From an uncultured Erysipelotrichaceae bacterium (GTDB lineage: Bacteria; Bacillota_I; Bacilli_A; RFN20; CAG-826), in assembly GCA_902791935.1 (NCBI GenBank), contig CADAXQ010000001.1, positions 105,561 through 169,560 of the forward strand: 64,000 nt of DNA. Direction: 5' to 3'. The notes below the pieces were generated by a model. It saw nothing but the letters and a program-made list of their open reading frames with translations, ran no database searches and was not told the DNA's origin. Each line of letters begins with the position of its first letter. The stretch's first letter is position 1. Shown piece by piece: positions 18,751 to 27,911 of the stretch. A program made the translations under genes and the position numbers.

Positions 18751-19212
18751 CTACTCCTTCGCTTCGCCAAGATGGCTTAAATTTTCGGCGATTTCCTCAA
18801 ACGTGGATGAATGTTCCGTTAAGTAAGCGTCATACGTGGCTTTATCCCATAATTCCATATGGTCTAGAACCCCGATCAGAACCACGTCACTTCCTAAGGA
18901 ATAACGGGTTAAGATGGCACTACCTAACGTAATGCGGCCATGGGAATCTACTTCCATCCGTTCCACGCTCGATGTGGCAAGCCTTAAATAAGCACGGGCT
19001 TCTTTTTCGAGATACGGAAGTTTGGACAAGGAAGCTAAGTAGGTTTGGAACGTGTCTTCGTCATAGAGCGAGACCGCTCCTTCGAAGCCGCGTAGCAAAT
19101 AGAGGCATGACGGCATTTCCTTCACGAGTTTGCTCGGAAGTTGTAAGCGGCCTTTGGCATCTAAAGTACGTTCATAGGTTCCAAAATAATTTCCCACTTT
19201 TTCCCACTCCAA
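18751..19212 (-). CDS. mraZ: Transcriptional regulator MraZ
   Basis: Two SpoVT/AbrB-like repeats each with a DxxGR motif (LDAKGRLQLP, VDSHGRITLG). The track start is a TTG at 19212. A GTG at 19197 with GGAG 9 nt upstream is an equally good start. Confidence 0.9.
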   Translation of the reverse strand: MEWEKVGNYFGTYERTLDAKGRLQLPSKLVKEMPSCLYLLRGFEGAVSLYDEDTFQTYLASLSKLPYLEKEARAYLRLATSSVERMEVDSHGRITLGSAILTRYSLGSDVVLIGVLDHMELWDKATYDAYLTEHSSTFEEIAENLSHLGEAKE

Positions 19213-19260
19213 GGATAAATTAGCACGCTCCCAAAGAAAAGGAAAGCAAAACTGAAGAAA

Positions 19261-19298
19261 AAGAAAAAAGTCTTGTCATGGATTCGCATGGCAAGACT
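19261..19298 (-). terminator. Rho-independent terminator after the yceD-like gene
   Basis: Minus strand: AGTCTTGCCATG-loop-CATGACAAGACT (one mismatch) followed by TTTTTTCTT. Confidence 0.7.
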
Positions 19299-19311
19299 TC
19301 GTTCTTTATGA

Positions 19312-19824
19312 CTAGGAATCTTTCTTCGGAGCATCCGGAAATTCAGGAAGGCCATCCAAGGAGAAGTTACCTTTTTCCTCTTTCCGTTCGTCTTCGCTCA
19401 TCAAATGCACTGATGGATCCTTGCTTTTTGGTAAAGGCTCATCGGGATTCTTTAAAAGCTGTAACGGCAAGGAAGACTCTAATATTCGAAGAACCAAACC
19501 ATCTAAATCAATATTCGGTCCTGAGACGATGTAACCTTCTCCTTCGCCATCTTCATCATCGAGAATTTGGGCTTTCTCTTGAATTTTAGTCGGGTAAAGG
19601 AAAGGAATGCCTGTTCTCGTGTCGTAGACTTCGAGTTCTGCTTTTCCTTTGACGCGGATCCAAAGTTGTCCCTCATCCTCATTCTCACGGATTAATTCCC
19701 CTTCGTAATGACAAGATTTCACCGCGATCAAAGGATAATGCGTTTCATATCCTTCTAACGGCCCATCCGAAGAGAATGTGTAATCCCGTCCAGAAGTAAC
19801 GGCACTTTTCGCGACGTTCTTCAT
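19312..19824 (-). CDS. YceD/DUF177-family protein (acidic; lacks the usual Cys motif)
   Basis: 170 aa and acidic. The segment IDLDGLVLRILESSLPLQLL resembles the conserved DUF177 C-terminal region. It overlaps the pheT start region by 4 nt. Confidence 0.5.
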   Translation of the reverse strand: MKNVAKSAVTSGRDYTFSSDGPLEGYETHYPLIAVKSCHYEGELIRENEDEGQLWIRVKGKAELEVYDTRTGIPFLYPTKIQEKAQILDDEDGEGEGYIVSGPNIDLDGLVLRILESSLPLQLLKNPDEPLPKSKDPSVHLMSEDERKEEKGNFSLDGLPEFPDAPKKDS

Positions 19825-22220
19825 GCGGCACGAACCTCCGCTAAAAACTTCGTGGATAACGTGTCTTGGATGTTTTTCATCAACGTCGCCACTTCACCAT
19901 CGGTTAAGGTTTTCTCTTCATCTAAGAACGTAATCGAAATGGCCATGGACTTCTTCCCAGAAGGGATATTCTCGCCTTGATAGACATCGAAGACTTCAAC
20001 GGAATGGATCTTTTTATTCAAGGTCACAATCGAACGACGGATGTCATCAAACGTAACCTTTTGATCGACCACGAATGCCAAATCGCGCGTTACTGAAGGG
20101 AAACGAGGTGGCAACGATGCCTTTGGCGCACCGGTCCGTAACGAAAGTAATGTGTCTAAGTCCAGTTCCATCACGGCAACGGGGGCTTTGCCTAAACCAT
20201 ACCGTTTCTTGGCATTTGGATGTAACTCGCCTAACACGGCAATCTTTTGTTTGCCCATCGTTAAAATAGCAGTCCTTGCGGGGTGGAATTCCTCTTTCGT
20301 ATCGACATACGGATGGAGTTGGAACCGGCTCATGGTAAAACCGAGTAAGTTCAAGATGCCTTCTAAGACGCCTTTGACGCTATAGAAGTCATAAGGAACT
20401 TTCTTCCAGCTTCCTTGTAACGATTCTTCTCCGACTTCCACCATGGCTAAATGTCTGCCTTTCGTGGACGGAGTATCGACGTCACTTACTTCGAAGAATG
20501 CTAAGTTTTTCTCTTGGTGCGCCACGTTATAGGATGCCACATCCAATAAAGATGCCAATAAGTTCTTCCGTAAGTATTCGTGGTCTTCGGTCAAAGGGTT
20601 AATGACTTGATAGTTCTCCCCCTCCGTTAACACGGCAAACGCATCTTTTTGTGCTTGGTTCACCAAAGAATAGGTGATGACTTCACTCAAACCAATATCC
20701 CGTAAGTAACGACGGACCGCCAGTTGATTCTTCTGTTTCTCGTTAAAACCACCATGGGCAGTTTCTACAATCGGTAACTTCGAATGGATACGGTCATAAC
20801 CAAGTAGCCGGATGACTTCTTCTGAGACATCCGCGGCCCCATCCATATCGATACGATAAGACGGAACGGCTACCGTAAACGTATCGCCATCCCCTTTCGT
20901 AATGCCCATATGGTCGCGACGAAGTACCGATAGCACCTCATCTTCTGCTAAATTCGTGCCCAAACGGCCGTTAAGATACGATAACGAGGTCGCAATGACT
21001 TTCGTTTCGTGTTTTGCCGCATCATACGTGGGGATGGATAACACTTCTTTTGCTTGGCAAAGCTCTTTCATCAAGGCGGAGCAAATCGTTAACACTTTTG
21101 CCGTTTGATCGGGATTGATACCTTTCACAAAACGGGCGCTGGATTCACTGGCTAAGCCCAAACGTCTCGACGTATGACGGATGGAAGCGCCAGCAAACGT
21201 TGCCGCTTCAATGATGACGTTCTTAGTATTTTCGGTGACGGCACAGGAAGCGCTCGTCATAATGCCTGCTAAGCAACCGACCTCTTTGCCCGAGCAAACG
21301 ACTAAATCTTTTGCTTGTAATGCATAAGTCTTCTCGTCCATCGCCACAAAGTCGCCTTGGTAATCATCACGGACTTCTAGCGAACGGGTTTCTAACTTAT
21401 CGGCATCGTACATATTGATCGGTTGCCCGGTCAATAACATCACAAAATTGCCGATATCCACGACATTATTGATGCTACGAACGCCTCCACTTTCGAGAAT
21501 TTGCTTTAACCATAACGGAGATGGGGCAGTCGTAATGCCACGGATTTCTCTTGCCCCGAACGTCGGGCAAGCTGCGACTTTCGAAGAGACGCGGAAATCG
21601 CTTTCGCCATTCACGGGATCTTCATAGTGCGGTAACGTCACTGGTTTATCCAGTAAACAACCGACTTCTTGGGCCACATTCTCCATCGCGTTTAAATCGG
21701 GACGATTCGCGAGTAAATCAGGCTCTAGGATGACATCATCTAATCCTAAATAGCCTAAAACATTCGTTTCGCCTACGGGCGCATCAGAAGGCAATTCTTC
21801 AATGCCACTCAATTGCTTTTCATTTAACCGTTTCTTATCGACGCCGAGCTCATATAAAGCGCAGCACATCCCATCGCTTTCCACGCCGCGGATCGTGGAT
21901 TTCTCAATGGTGACTTCTGGTAATTTCGCCCCTTCTCTTGCCACAATGACTTTTAAGCCGGTTCTGGCATTAGGGGCGCCACATACGATTTGGTGAATGC
22001 CAAATTCTTTGCCTTCATCGACTTGTAAAATATGAAGATGGTTGCTGTCAGGATGAGGCACGCAAGAAAGAATCTCGCCAATCACCAAGTGATCGGCTTT
22101 GGAAAGTGGAGTGATCGCATCAACTTCTACACCAGCAAACGTGAGGCGCGATGCCACTTCTTCTGGGGTGACGTCCGATAAATCAACAAACGTCTTTAAC
22201 CAATTCCATGAAATTTTCAT
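19821..22220 (-). CDS. pheT: Phenylalanine--tRNA ligase beta subunit
   Basis: 799 aa. N-terminal MKISWNWLK with tRNA-binding domain, then B3/4, B5 and FDX-ACB domains by similarity. Confidence 0.97.
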   Translation of the reverse strand: MKISWNWLKTFVDLSDVTPEEVASRLTFAGVEVDAITPLSKADHLVIGEILSCVPHPDSNHLHILQVDEGKEFGIHQIVCGAPNARTGLKVIVAREGAKLPEVTIEKSTIRGVESDGMCCALYELGVDKKRLNEKQLSGIEELPSDAPVGETNVLGYLGLDDVILEPDLLANRPDLNAMENVAQEVGCLLDKPVTLPHYEDPVNGESDFRVSSKVAACPTFGAREIRGITTAPSPLWLKQILESGGVRSINNVVDIGNFVMLLTGQPINMYDADKLETRSLEVRDDYQGDFVAMDEKTYALQAKDLVVCSGKEVGCLAGIMTSASCAVTENTKNVIIEAATFAGASIRHTSRRLGLASESSARFVKGINPDQTAKVLTICSALMKELCQAKEVLSIPTYDAAKHETKVIATSLSYLNGRLGTNLAEDEVLSVLRRDHMGITKGDGDTFTVAVPSYRIDMDGAADVSEEVIRLLGYDRIHSKLPIVETAHGGFNEKQKNQLAVRRYLRDIGLSEVITYSLVNQAQKDAFAVLTEGENYQVINPLTEDHEYLRKNLLASLLDVASYNVAHQEKNLAFFEVSDVDTPSTKGRHLAMVEVGEESLQGSWKKVPYDFYSVKGVLEGILNLLGFTMSRFQLHPYVDTKEEFHPARTAILTMGKQKIAVLGELHPNAKKRYGLGKAPVAVMELDLDTLLSLRTGAPKASLPPRFPSVTRDLAFVVDQKVTFDDIRRSIVTLNKKIHSVEVFDVYQGENIPSGKKSMAISITFLDEEKTLTDGEVATLMKNIQDTLSTKFLAEVRAA

Positions 22221-22235
22221 TTTTCGCTTCCTCCC

Positions 22236-23279
22236 TTACTTCTCTTGGAAGTCCTTCAAAAACCGGACGTCGTTTGTGTAGATACGGCGAATATCATCGA
22301 TGCCATAACGAAGCATGGCGATCCGTTCGATGCCCACGCCGAAAGCAAAGCCGCTATAGACCTCAGGGTCATAGCCGCACATCCGTAAGACATTCGGATG
22401 CACTTCGCCAGCGCCTAAGATTTCAATCCAGCCGGTGCCTTTGCAAATGTTGCAACCCTTTCCACCGCATTTGGCGCAAGAGACATCGACTTCGACGGAA
22501 GGTTCCGTGAATGGGAAGTAAGAAGAACGCAACCGAATTTGCCGTTTTTCGCCAAAGAGTTGATGCACAAAGCGTTCTAACGTGCCTTTTAGATCAGCCA
22601 TAGAGATGCCTTTATCAACCACAAGTCCTTCGATTTGGCCGAATTGATGCGAATGGGTCGCGTCATCGTCATCTCTCCGGTAGCACTTGCCAGGGCAAAT
22701 CATCTTAATCGGTGCTTTGTCTTTCGAATCTAACATCGTATGGGCTTGCGCTGCCGAGGTTTGGGTCCGTAGTAACAACTGGTCCCCTAAATAGAACGTA
22801 TCTTGCATATCCCGGGCAGGGTGGTCCTTAGGAACATTCAGTAATTCAAAGTTATAGTGATCGGTTTCGACATCCCGTCCTTCGACGATGGAGAATCCCA
22901 TAGAGGCAAAGATGGCAGACATTTCATCGACAACCAACCAATAAGGATTTGTCTTGCCCACATCATAATGACGGCCAGGCAAAGTAAGGTCGATGCTTTC
23001 CGCCTTCAGTTTCGCTTCCAAGGCTGCCTTATCCGCTTGTTCTTTTTTGGCTTCAAAGGCGGTTTCGACCTCTTGTCTTGCATCGTTCACCGTTTTCCCA
23101 AATGCCGCTTTTTCTTCGGCCGGGATTTGGCGCATTAACCCCATTAATTGCGATAACGGGCTCTTTTTCGCTAAGTAAGTGTTCTTCCAAGCGGTCAACT
23201 CTTCAACGGTGTTGGCGCTTGCTAACGCGCTTAACGCCTCTTCTTTTGCCTTTGCCACTTGTGCTTTTGGATCGTCCAT
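22236..23279 (-). CDS. pheS: Phenylalanine--tRNA ligase alpha subunit
   Basis: Class II core motifs (HPARDMQDTFY, FRxxYFPFTEPS, GFAFGVGIERIAM). Start trimmed to MDDPKAQV (23279) because the longer track ORF runs into the T-box terminator. Confidence 0.95.
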   Translation of the reverse strand: MDDPKAQVAKAKEEALSALASANTVEELTAWKNTYLAKKSPLSQLMGLMRQIPAEEKAAFGKTVNDARQEVETAFEAKKEQADKAALEAKLKAESIDLTLPGRHYDVGKTNPYWLVVDEMSAIFASMGFSIVEGRDVETDHYNFELLNVPKDHPARDMQDTFYLGDQLLLRTQTSAAQAHTMLDSKDKAPIKMICPGKCYRRDDDDATHSHQFGQIEGLVVDKGISMADLKGTLERFVHQLFGEKRQIRLRSSYFPFTEPSVEVDVSCAKCGGKGCNICKGTGWIEILGAGEVHPNVLRMCGYDPEVYSGFAFGVGIERIAMLRYGIDDIRRIYTNDVRFLKDFQEK

Positions 23280-23284
23280 ATGTG

Positions 23285-23520
23285 TTCTCCTTTTCAATAA
23301 AAAAGGGATTGCAGGGAGAGGGGTTAACCCTCGGTGCCATCCCAATTCGTTTCGTGTTTGTGTTTATTAGAAACGCACTTTATTGGCTATAACCCACGAC
23401 GGGGAGAATCTCTTCTCCGTTCTCCGAGACGAACTTCGGCCCGTTTCTTAGAAGACTGTCACTCTAGCGGTCTCTCCCACGACTAAGAAGCTCGGACGTA
23501 CTCTTTCTCTTCACCGAACG
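23285..23520 (-). promoter_or_regulatory. T-box leader (Phe)
   Basis: On the minus strand, Stem I closes CGTTC...GAACG with TTC (23431-23433) in the 3' specifier position, and AGAGA boxes are present. A T-box-like AATTGGGATGGCACCGAGGG follows. A long hairpin GGGAT...ATCCC plus TTTTTT spans 23299-23343. Confidence 0.82.
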
Positions 23521-23551
23521 AAATAATTCTAATACAAAAATAACGGAATGG

Positions 23552-24289
23552 TTAGGAATCATGACGCGTTTGACAAAGCTCATATAACAAGATGCCCCCT
23601 GCTACCCCGACATTTAAGGAATCGATACCACTCATTTCGATACGGACTCTTGCATCCGTCAAGGCTAAAACATCAGAATCCACCCCTTGTCCTTCGTTCC
23701 CAAGGATCAAGACAAACTTATGAGGAACCAATAGTTCTTTTAACGGCAACGATGACTTTAAATCCGTGCCTAAAAGATAGTAACCATCGTCCTTTAGTTG
23801 TTGGATGTCTTCCACTGGATCAGCCTTAGATTCATAGAGATTAAGACGAAAGACGGCGCCTTGTGATGCCATGATGGTTTTGGGGGCAAAGACTTCGGCA
23901 GTGCCTTTCGATAAGACGACGTCATGGCAGTCAAATGCCAAGGCACTTCGAAGCAATGTACCAACATTGCCTGGGTCTTGCACGCGATCTAAATAAAGCA
24001 CCACGTCTCCTTGCGGTTTCTTCGTGGATGGCTTATGGCATAATGCCACAATGCCTTCAGGATTCTTACTGAAAGCAAGGCGGTGCAATAAAGCATCGTT
24101 AATGAGAATGGTCTCTACGCCAGGGTAAGAATAAGGTTTGACACTAAAAAGACGGACAACATACCCTGCTTCTAAGGCCATCTCTACGAGGTGATAACCT
24201 TCGACTAAGAACAAGTCGTCTTTCGCGGAGGCAGCTTTTAAGGCCTCTTTAATCTTCGGATTTTCTTTCGAGGTGATGCGTTCCGTCAT
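23552..24289 (-). CDS. TrmH/SpoU-family RNA 2'-O-methyltransferase (YsgA-like)
   Basis: 245 aa with SPOUT motifs (DRVQDPGNVGTLLRSA, LILGNEGQG, IEMSGIDSLNVGVAGGILLYE). It sits upstream of pheST, as ysgA does in Bacillus. Confidence 0.85.
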   Translation of the reverse strand: MTERITSKENPKIKEALKAASAKDDLFLVEGYHLVEMALEAGYVVRLFSVKPYSYPGVETILINDALLHRLAFSKNPEGIVALCHKPSTKKPQGDVVLYLDRVQDPGNVGTLLRSALAFDCHDVVLSKGTAEVFAPKTIMASQGAVFRLNLYESKADPVEDIQQLKDDGYYLLGTDLKSSLPLKELLVPHKFVLILGNEGQGVDSDVLALTDARVRIEMSGIDSLNVGVAGGILLYELCQTRHDS

Positions 24290-24911
24290 AATCTCCCTCC
24301 CCTAATGCTTTGTGAAGAACCCAGTAATCGGGGCAATATTTTAATAGCACACGATAGAAATATTTGCCATGTCCCCGATAGAAATCATGGGCAAGTTCGT
24401 GATAAACCACAGATTCAATGATGTCTTTCCGGTAATGGACCAAAGATAACGCAAACGTGATGTCCCCTTTTTGAATATGGTTCACGCCCCATAAGCTTTT
24501 CATCTTTCTCACTTTGATACTATGCTCCATGGCAATCCCCATCTTTTTAGCGTCTTCTTGGGCGGTAGGAACTAAGAAATCAAGTAACTGCTTCTTTAGA
24601 TATTTCTCTTGCTTCGCTTGACTCCAAGAAGAAAACCCTTCGATGGTGACTGGACTTCCAAAGAGATAAACCATATCGCCTTGAATCGGGGCAATCGGAT
24701 GCCGGCTTTCGACTCGTTTCCGAAGCTTTGACGCATGTTTTTGTAAGAACTTAATGATTTCTTGCTTCGGATAACGATAAGGAACATTGCAAATATAATC
24801 TCGCTTCTCTTCGCGGTAACGAAGCCCTAAGCTCCGTCTTCTTCGGTAATTGATGGTGACAGGGTAATCATGGCCCTCATCACGGAATATCCACTGCTCT
24901 AATTGCTTCAT
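24249..24911 (-). CDS. M48/DUF45 (YgjP-like) zinc metallopeptidase
   Basis: 220 aa with HELAH zinc motif (VVYHELAHDF). The 3' end overlaps the next gene by 41 nt. Confidence 0.8.
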   Translation of the reverse strand: MKQLEQWIFRDEGHDYPVTINYRRRRSLGLRYREEKRDYICNVPYRYPKQEIIKFLQKHASKLRKRVESRHPIAPIQGDMVYLFGSPVTIEGFSSWSQAKQEKYLKKQLLDFLVPTAQEDAKKMGIAMEHSIKVRKMKSLWGVNHIQKGDITFALSLVHYRKDIIESVVYHELAHDFYRGHGKYFYRVLLKYCPDYWVLHKALGEGDYDGTHHLERKSED

Positions 24912-24957
24912 CCCTAGAATTATAACGAGTTCGGTGGATCTCCTTGAATAAGAAGAT

Positions 24958-24990
24958 AAGAAAAAGAGACGGAATCAAGTATCCGTCTCT
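24958..24990 (-). terminator. Rho-independent terminator after the lipoprotein gene
   Basis: Minus strand: AGAGACGGA-loop-TCCGTCTCT followed by TTTTCTT. Confidence 0.75.
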
Positions 24991-25011
24991 AGAAGCTATT
25001 GAATTAGTCGC

Positions 25012-25554
25012 TTAGTCGGACCATTGGTAATGCAGATTAAGATGGGCCTCTGAATTGTCGGTCGCGGTAGTATCATCCACGAGATGGGCCATATATCCAT
25101 ATTGGTCAAAGGTAGCCGTCATTTTCGTGGTGGTCGTTGTTCCGTCTGATAATTCGGTCGATTCACCTTCGACCTTAAAACCGTCACCCACATAATATTT
25201 CACGTTTCCGTCAGTAGCGTTCAAATCGCCAGCTTTCACATTGGCGAAGGTAACGACCATCAAATCCATCACATAATTCGCGCTGGTGATATCCGCGGTT
25301 GCTGAATCGTACATCTCACTCGTGGCGTCATAGGTTAAGACAAAGTCTTCGTACTTCTTTTCGACTTGGGTGCCGCTCACAGACATCTTGATACTGCCAT
25401 TCACCTTACAAGACCGATAGGTATGCGCTTCTATCTTCGTGGTTGCTCCATGAAATTCGTCATAACTGACTTGATGAAAATTGCCGCCTCCACAAGAAGT
25501 GATGAGCAAAGCGCTCATGCCCAAAAGCGCCAACTTATGAAATGTGGTTTGCAT
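25012..25554 (-). CDS. Hypothetical lipoprotein
   Basis: 180 aa. Signal peptide MQTTFHKLALLGMSALLITSC with a lipobox. GGAGG lies upstream of the ATG. Confidence 0.7.
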   Translation of the reverse strand: MQTTFHKLALLGMSALLITSCGGGNFHQVSYDEFHGATTKIEAHTYRSCKVNGSIKMSVSGTQVEKKYEDFVLTYDATSEMYDSATADITSANYVMDLMVVTFANVKAGDLNATDGNVKYYVGDGFKVEGESTELSDGTTTTTKMTATFDQYGYMAHLVDDTTATDNSEAHLNLHYQWSD

Positions 25555-25835
25555 CGTATTACCTCCGTGGTATAGACATCTATTAAATATGGATGCCTTT
25601 TTGTTATTTACATTCTAAATAAGGTAATAGATTGGCTCAATACGATTTTCTAGAATCGCAACAATTTAGCAACATATTCAACTTTTATCAAAACAAAACA
25701 TAGTGTAGATGATGAAACATTGCAAATACAGTCATGTTTCAAGAGGTTCTAAGCTTTATTTTATTTAGAGGCCGAGAGCGAGAGCGATACAAAGTCCTTA
25801 TCTGCTGCATCGCCCGCTTTCTCAAAAAAAATAAT

Positions 25836-26612
25836 ATGCACTCGGCATATCCTTTGGATCCCGACACCTACAAAAACGCTTCTGATGCCATCGGGAAACG
25901 CTTCTATTTCCGTAATCTTCACACGTTACGGAACGCCATCGCCTATCAAAACACCTTTGATGCCAGTATTGTCATTGACTCGGTCGAGATTACCGGCGTC
26001 ACTTCAGACAGTGGTTTTTCGACGATTTATTGTTCTTCCACTCTTTGGTCCAGCCTCGTTAACTTGAAAACTTGTTATGGAGATTCTATCCGGGTGCAAA
26101 CGGGAAAAGAAGAGATCGCTTCGATTACGAAGCAAGGTTTCCAATTCGAAACAAATGAAGCAAACACTGTTTGTTTCTATCACGACCTTTTCTCCGATTC
26201 TTTCCTTCCGGTGGCCATCGGCATCGAAGTTCTTTTCGGTTCCTTATCGTTATTCTTATTTGCCAATATGCTTCGACAAATCCTGAAATCCAAGGAAAAG
26301 GAATACTGTGTCTTATCGATCGTCGGGGTTCCAAGACGGCAGATCATCGGGAATATTGTCTCTTATTCCGCCACATTACTCGGTCTTGCCTTCTTGCTCT
26401 CCTGGGGCGGTGGATCATTATTCCTTTACTTGCTAAATCTTTTGTTCCGTTCCCCACAATCGTTCCAGTTGTCCTTCTCTTTGCTTTCATTAAACGGTTG
26501 GTCATTACTGATTGTCTTTGGACTCGTGCTGCTTGACATCGGCATCATCGTGCTTCGTGGATTAAAAAATCACCAACGCAAAGAATCTTTCTGCGAAGTT
26601 ACGTACCTTTGA
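25836..26612 (+). CDS. FtsX-like permease domain protein lacking TM1 (probably truncated or decayed)
   Basis: The C-terminal half has three TM segments and the FtsX-type loop KEKEYCVLSIVGVPRRQIIGNIV. There is no N-terminal TM and no partner ABC ATPase nearby. The start is uncertain (track ORF begins 25734; first plausible ATG 25836). Confidence 0.4.
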   Translation: MHSAYPLDPDTYKNASDAIGKRFYFRNLHTLRNAIAYQNTFDASIVIDSVEITGVTSDSGFSTIYCSSTLWSSLVNLKTCYGDSIRVQTGKEEIASITKQGFQFETNEANTVCFYHDLFSDSFLPVAIGIEVLFGSLSLFLFANMLRQILKSKEKEYCVLSIVGVPRRQIIGNIVSYSATLLGLAFLLSWGGGSLFLYLLNLLFRSPQSFQLSFSLLSLNGWSLLIVFGLVLLDIGIIVLRGLKNHQRKESFCEVTYL

Positions 26613-26701
26613 TTGATACTCATCAGAAAAGAAAAAGAATTCGCCTGTTTTCGTGGTTTCTCTAGTAAATTCCCCAAAAACAAGGTAAACTTCACACCCG
26701 T

Positions 26702-27439
26702 ATGGAAAAGATTTTGATCAGTGCCTGCTTAGTTGGAGAGAAAACCCGTTATGACGGCGGCGATAACTACGCCCCCTTCGTGGAAAAACTCCGGGAAAAA
26801 TATGAATTAGTCCCTTTCTGCCCTGAAGTGGCAGGAGGTTTATCGATTCCCCGAGAGCCTTGCGAAATCCGGGGTGCCGATGTCGTGACGAAAGATGGTG
26901 CTTCTAAAGCCAGCGAATATCAACTCGGCGCCAAGAAAGCTTTAGAGGCGTGCCGCCTCTTTGGCATCTCTATCGCCGTCTTAAAAGAAAGCTCTCCTTC
27001 TTGCGGAGTCAGAAATGTCTATGATGGCAGATTCCGGCAAACGAAGGTAGAAGGCAAAGGAATCACGACCCGTCTCCTCGAGGCAAACGGAATCCACGTC
27101 TACTCCTCACTAGATGACTTAAGCTTCTTATGGGAAGAAGAACCAAAACCAGCAAGAACCCGTCGTTCTCATTACGGTTCGAAGTCAAATTCCGTCAAAG
27201 AACGGAATATCACTTCCGAAAAACCGGTTGCAAGTCAGTCCGAAGAAAAGCCATTCTCCGCGAAGAAGAAACCGTTCCATGGTAAGAAATCATTCCATGG
27301 CAAGAAGTCCTTCGGAGATAAGAAGCCATATGGTTCGAAGAAATCCTTTGGAGAGAAAAAATCCTATGGGCACAAGAAACCCTACTTCTCCAAACCAGGA
27401 CATCATTCGTTCCACAAATCTGCATCAAAAGAAAAATAA
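26702..27439 (+). CDS. DUF523 (YbbK/TudS-like) protein with a lysine-rich hexapeptide-repeat tail
   Basis: The N-terminal ~145 aa (ILISACLVGEKTRYDGG...CPEVAGGLSIPREPCEI...SPSCG) match the DUF523 Cys pattern. The C-terminus has seven KKxFxG-type repeats encoded at 27266-27391. Confidence 0.8.
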   Translation: MEKILISACLVGEKTRYDGGDNYAPFVEKLREKYELVPFCPEVAGGLSIPREPCEIRGADVVTKDGASKASEYQLGAKKALEACRLFGISIAVLKESSPSCGVRNVYDGRFRQTKVEGKGITTRLLEANGIHVYSSLDDLSFLWEEEPKPARTRRSHYGSKSNSVKERNITSEKPVASQSEEKPFSAKKKPFHGKKSFHGKKSFGDKKPYGSKKSFGEKKSYGHKKPYFSKPGHHSFHKSASKEK

Positions 27440-27640
27440 AATAGATGCCGGGGTAATTCTCGACATCTTTTTTGTTCGGTCAATCATTGTCTGATGCAGT
27501 CATTAAAACAACATTTTGTTAAAAAAATACTTGAACCACAGATTTGTTTATTTTAACAATTTGTCGACGGAGGTTTATTATGTCTCCGTTTCCGTCAGCG
27601 TTAGCCTGCCATTTCGTTGAAGGTAGAAAGGCAAACAACG

Positions 27641-27697
27641 ATGCGAGATTTAATTATCTTGCTTCTTGCGCTTGCAATTCTCCTCCTACTCTTGTAG
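27641..27697 (+). CDS. Candidate 18-aa hydrophobic mini-ORF MRDLIILLLALAILLLLL (speculative)
   Basis: ATG at 27641 with AAAGG 9 nt upstream. It ends in CTCTTG TAG TAG, inside a sequence block duplicated 270 bp downstream. Confidence 0.3.
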   Translation: MRDLIILLLALAILLLLL

Positions 27698-27766
27698 TAG
27701 GAAACGAAAAAGTGTTCAAGCCAAGTGATTGGTTTGAACACCCAACGCAAAAATAGGTTAACACCT
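27689..27766. repeat. Repeat copy 1 (CTCTTGTAGTAGGAAAC ... CCAACGCAAAAATAGGTTAACACCT)
   Basis: It shares both end blocks with 27957-27998. Copy 1 carries about 36 extra nt between the blocks. Confidence 0.85.
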
Positions 27767-27911
27767 TTCCGAGGCAACTGCAAGATGGCAGGATACTGGT
27801 TGTCTCGGTTTGTGACGGACATATATTCTATCCCGGATTAAATTTTTGTAGATCATTAAAATCGATCTCGTTGTCGTTTCACAATTCATAAAAGATAAAA
27901 AGGTGGAAACG

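Noticed and set aside
27695-27700. TAG TAG after both mini-ORFs as a recoding or read-through (e.g. pyrrolysine) signal
   Set aside because: No pyl genes or PYLIS-like context are seen. TAG is used as an ordinary stop elsewhere (the yceD-like gene ends in TAG at 19312-19314). Read-through products of the two copies share no sequence.
27544-27756. 70-aa ORF (58 aa from the GGAGG-supported ATG at 27580) as a Cys-containing RiPP/bacteriocin precursor
   Set aside because: No modification, transport or immunity genes are nearby. The second repeat copy has no ATG in the equivalent frame. It is not excluded as a real small protein, so it is mentioned in the finding rather than called as a feature.
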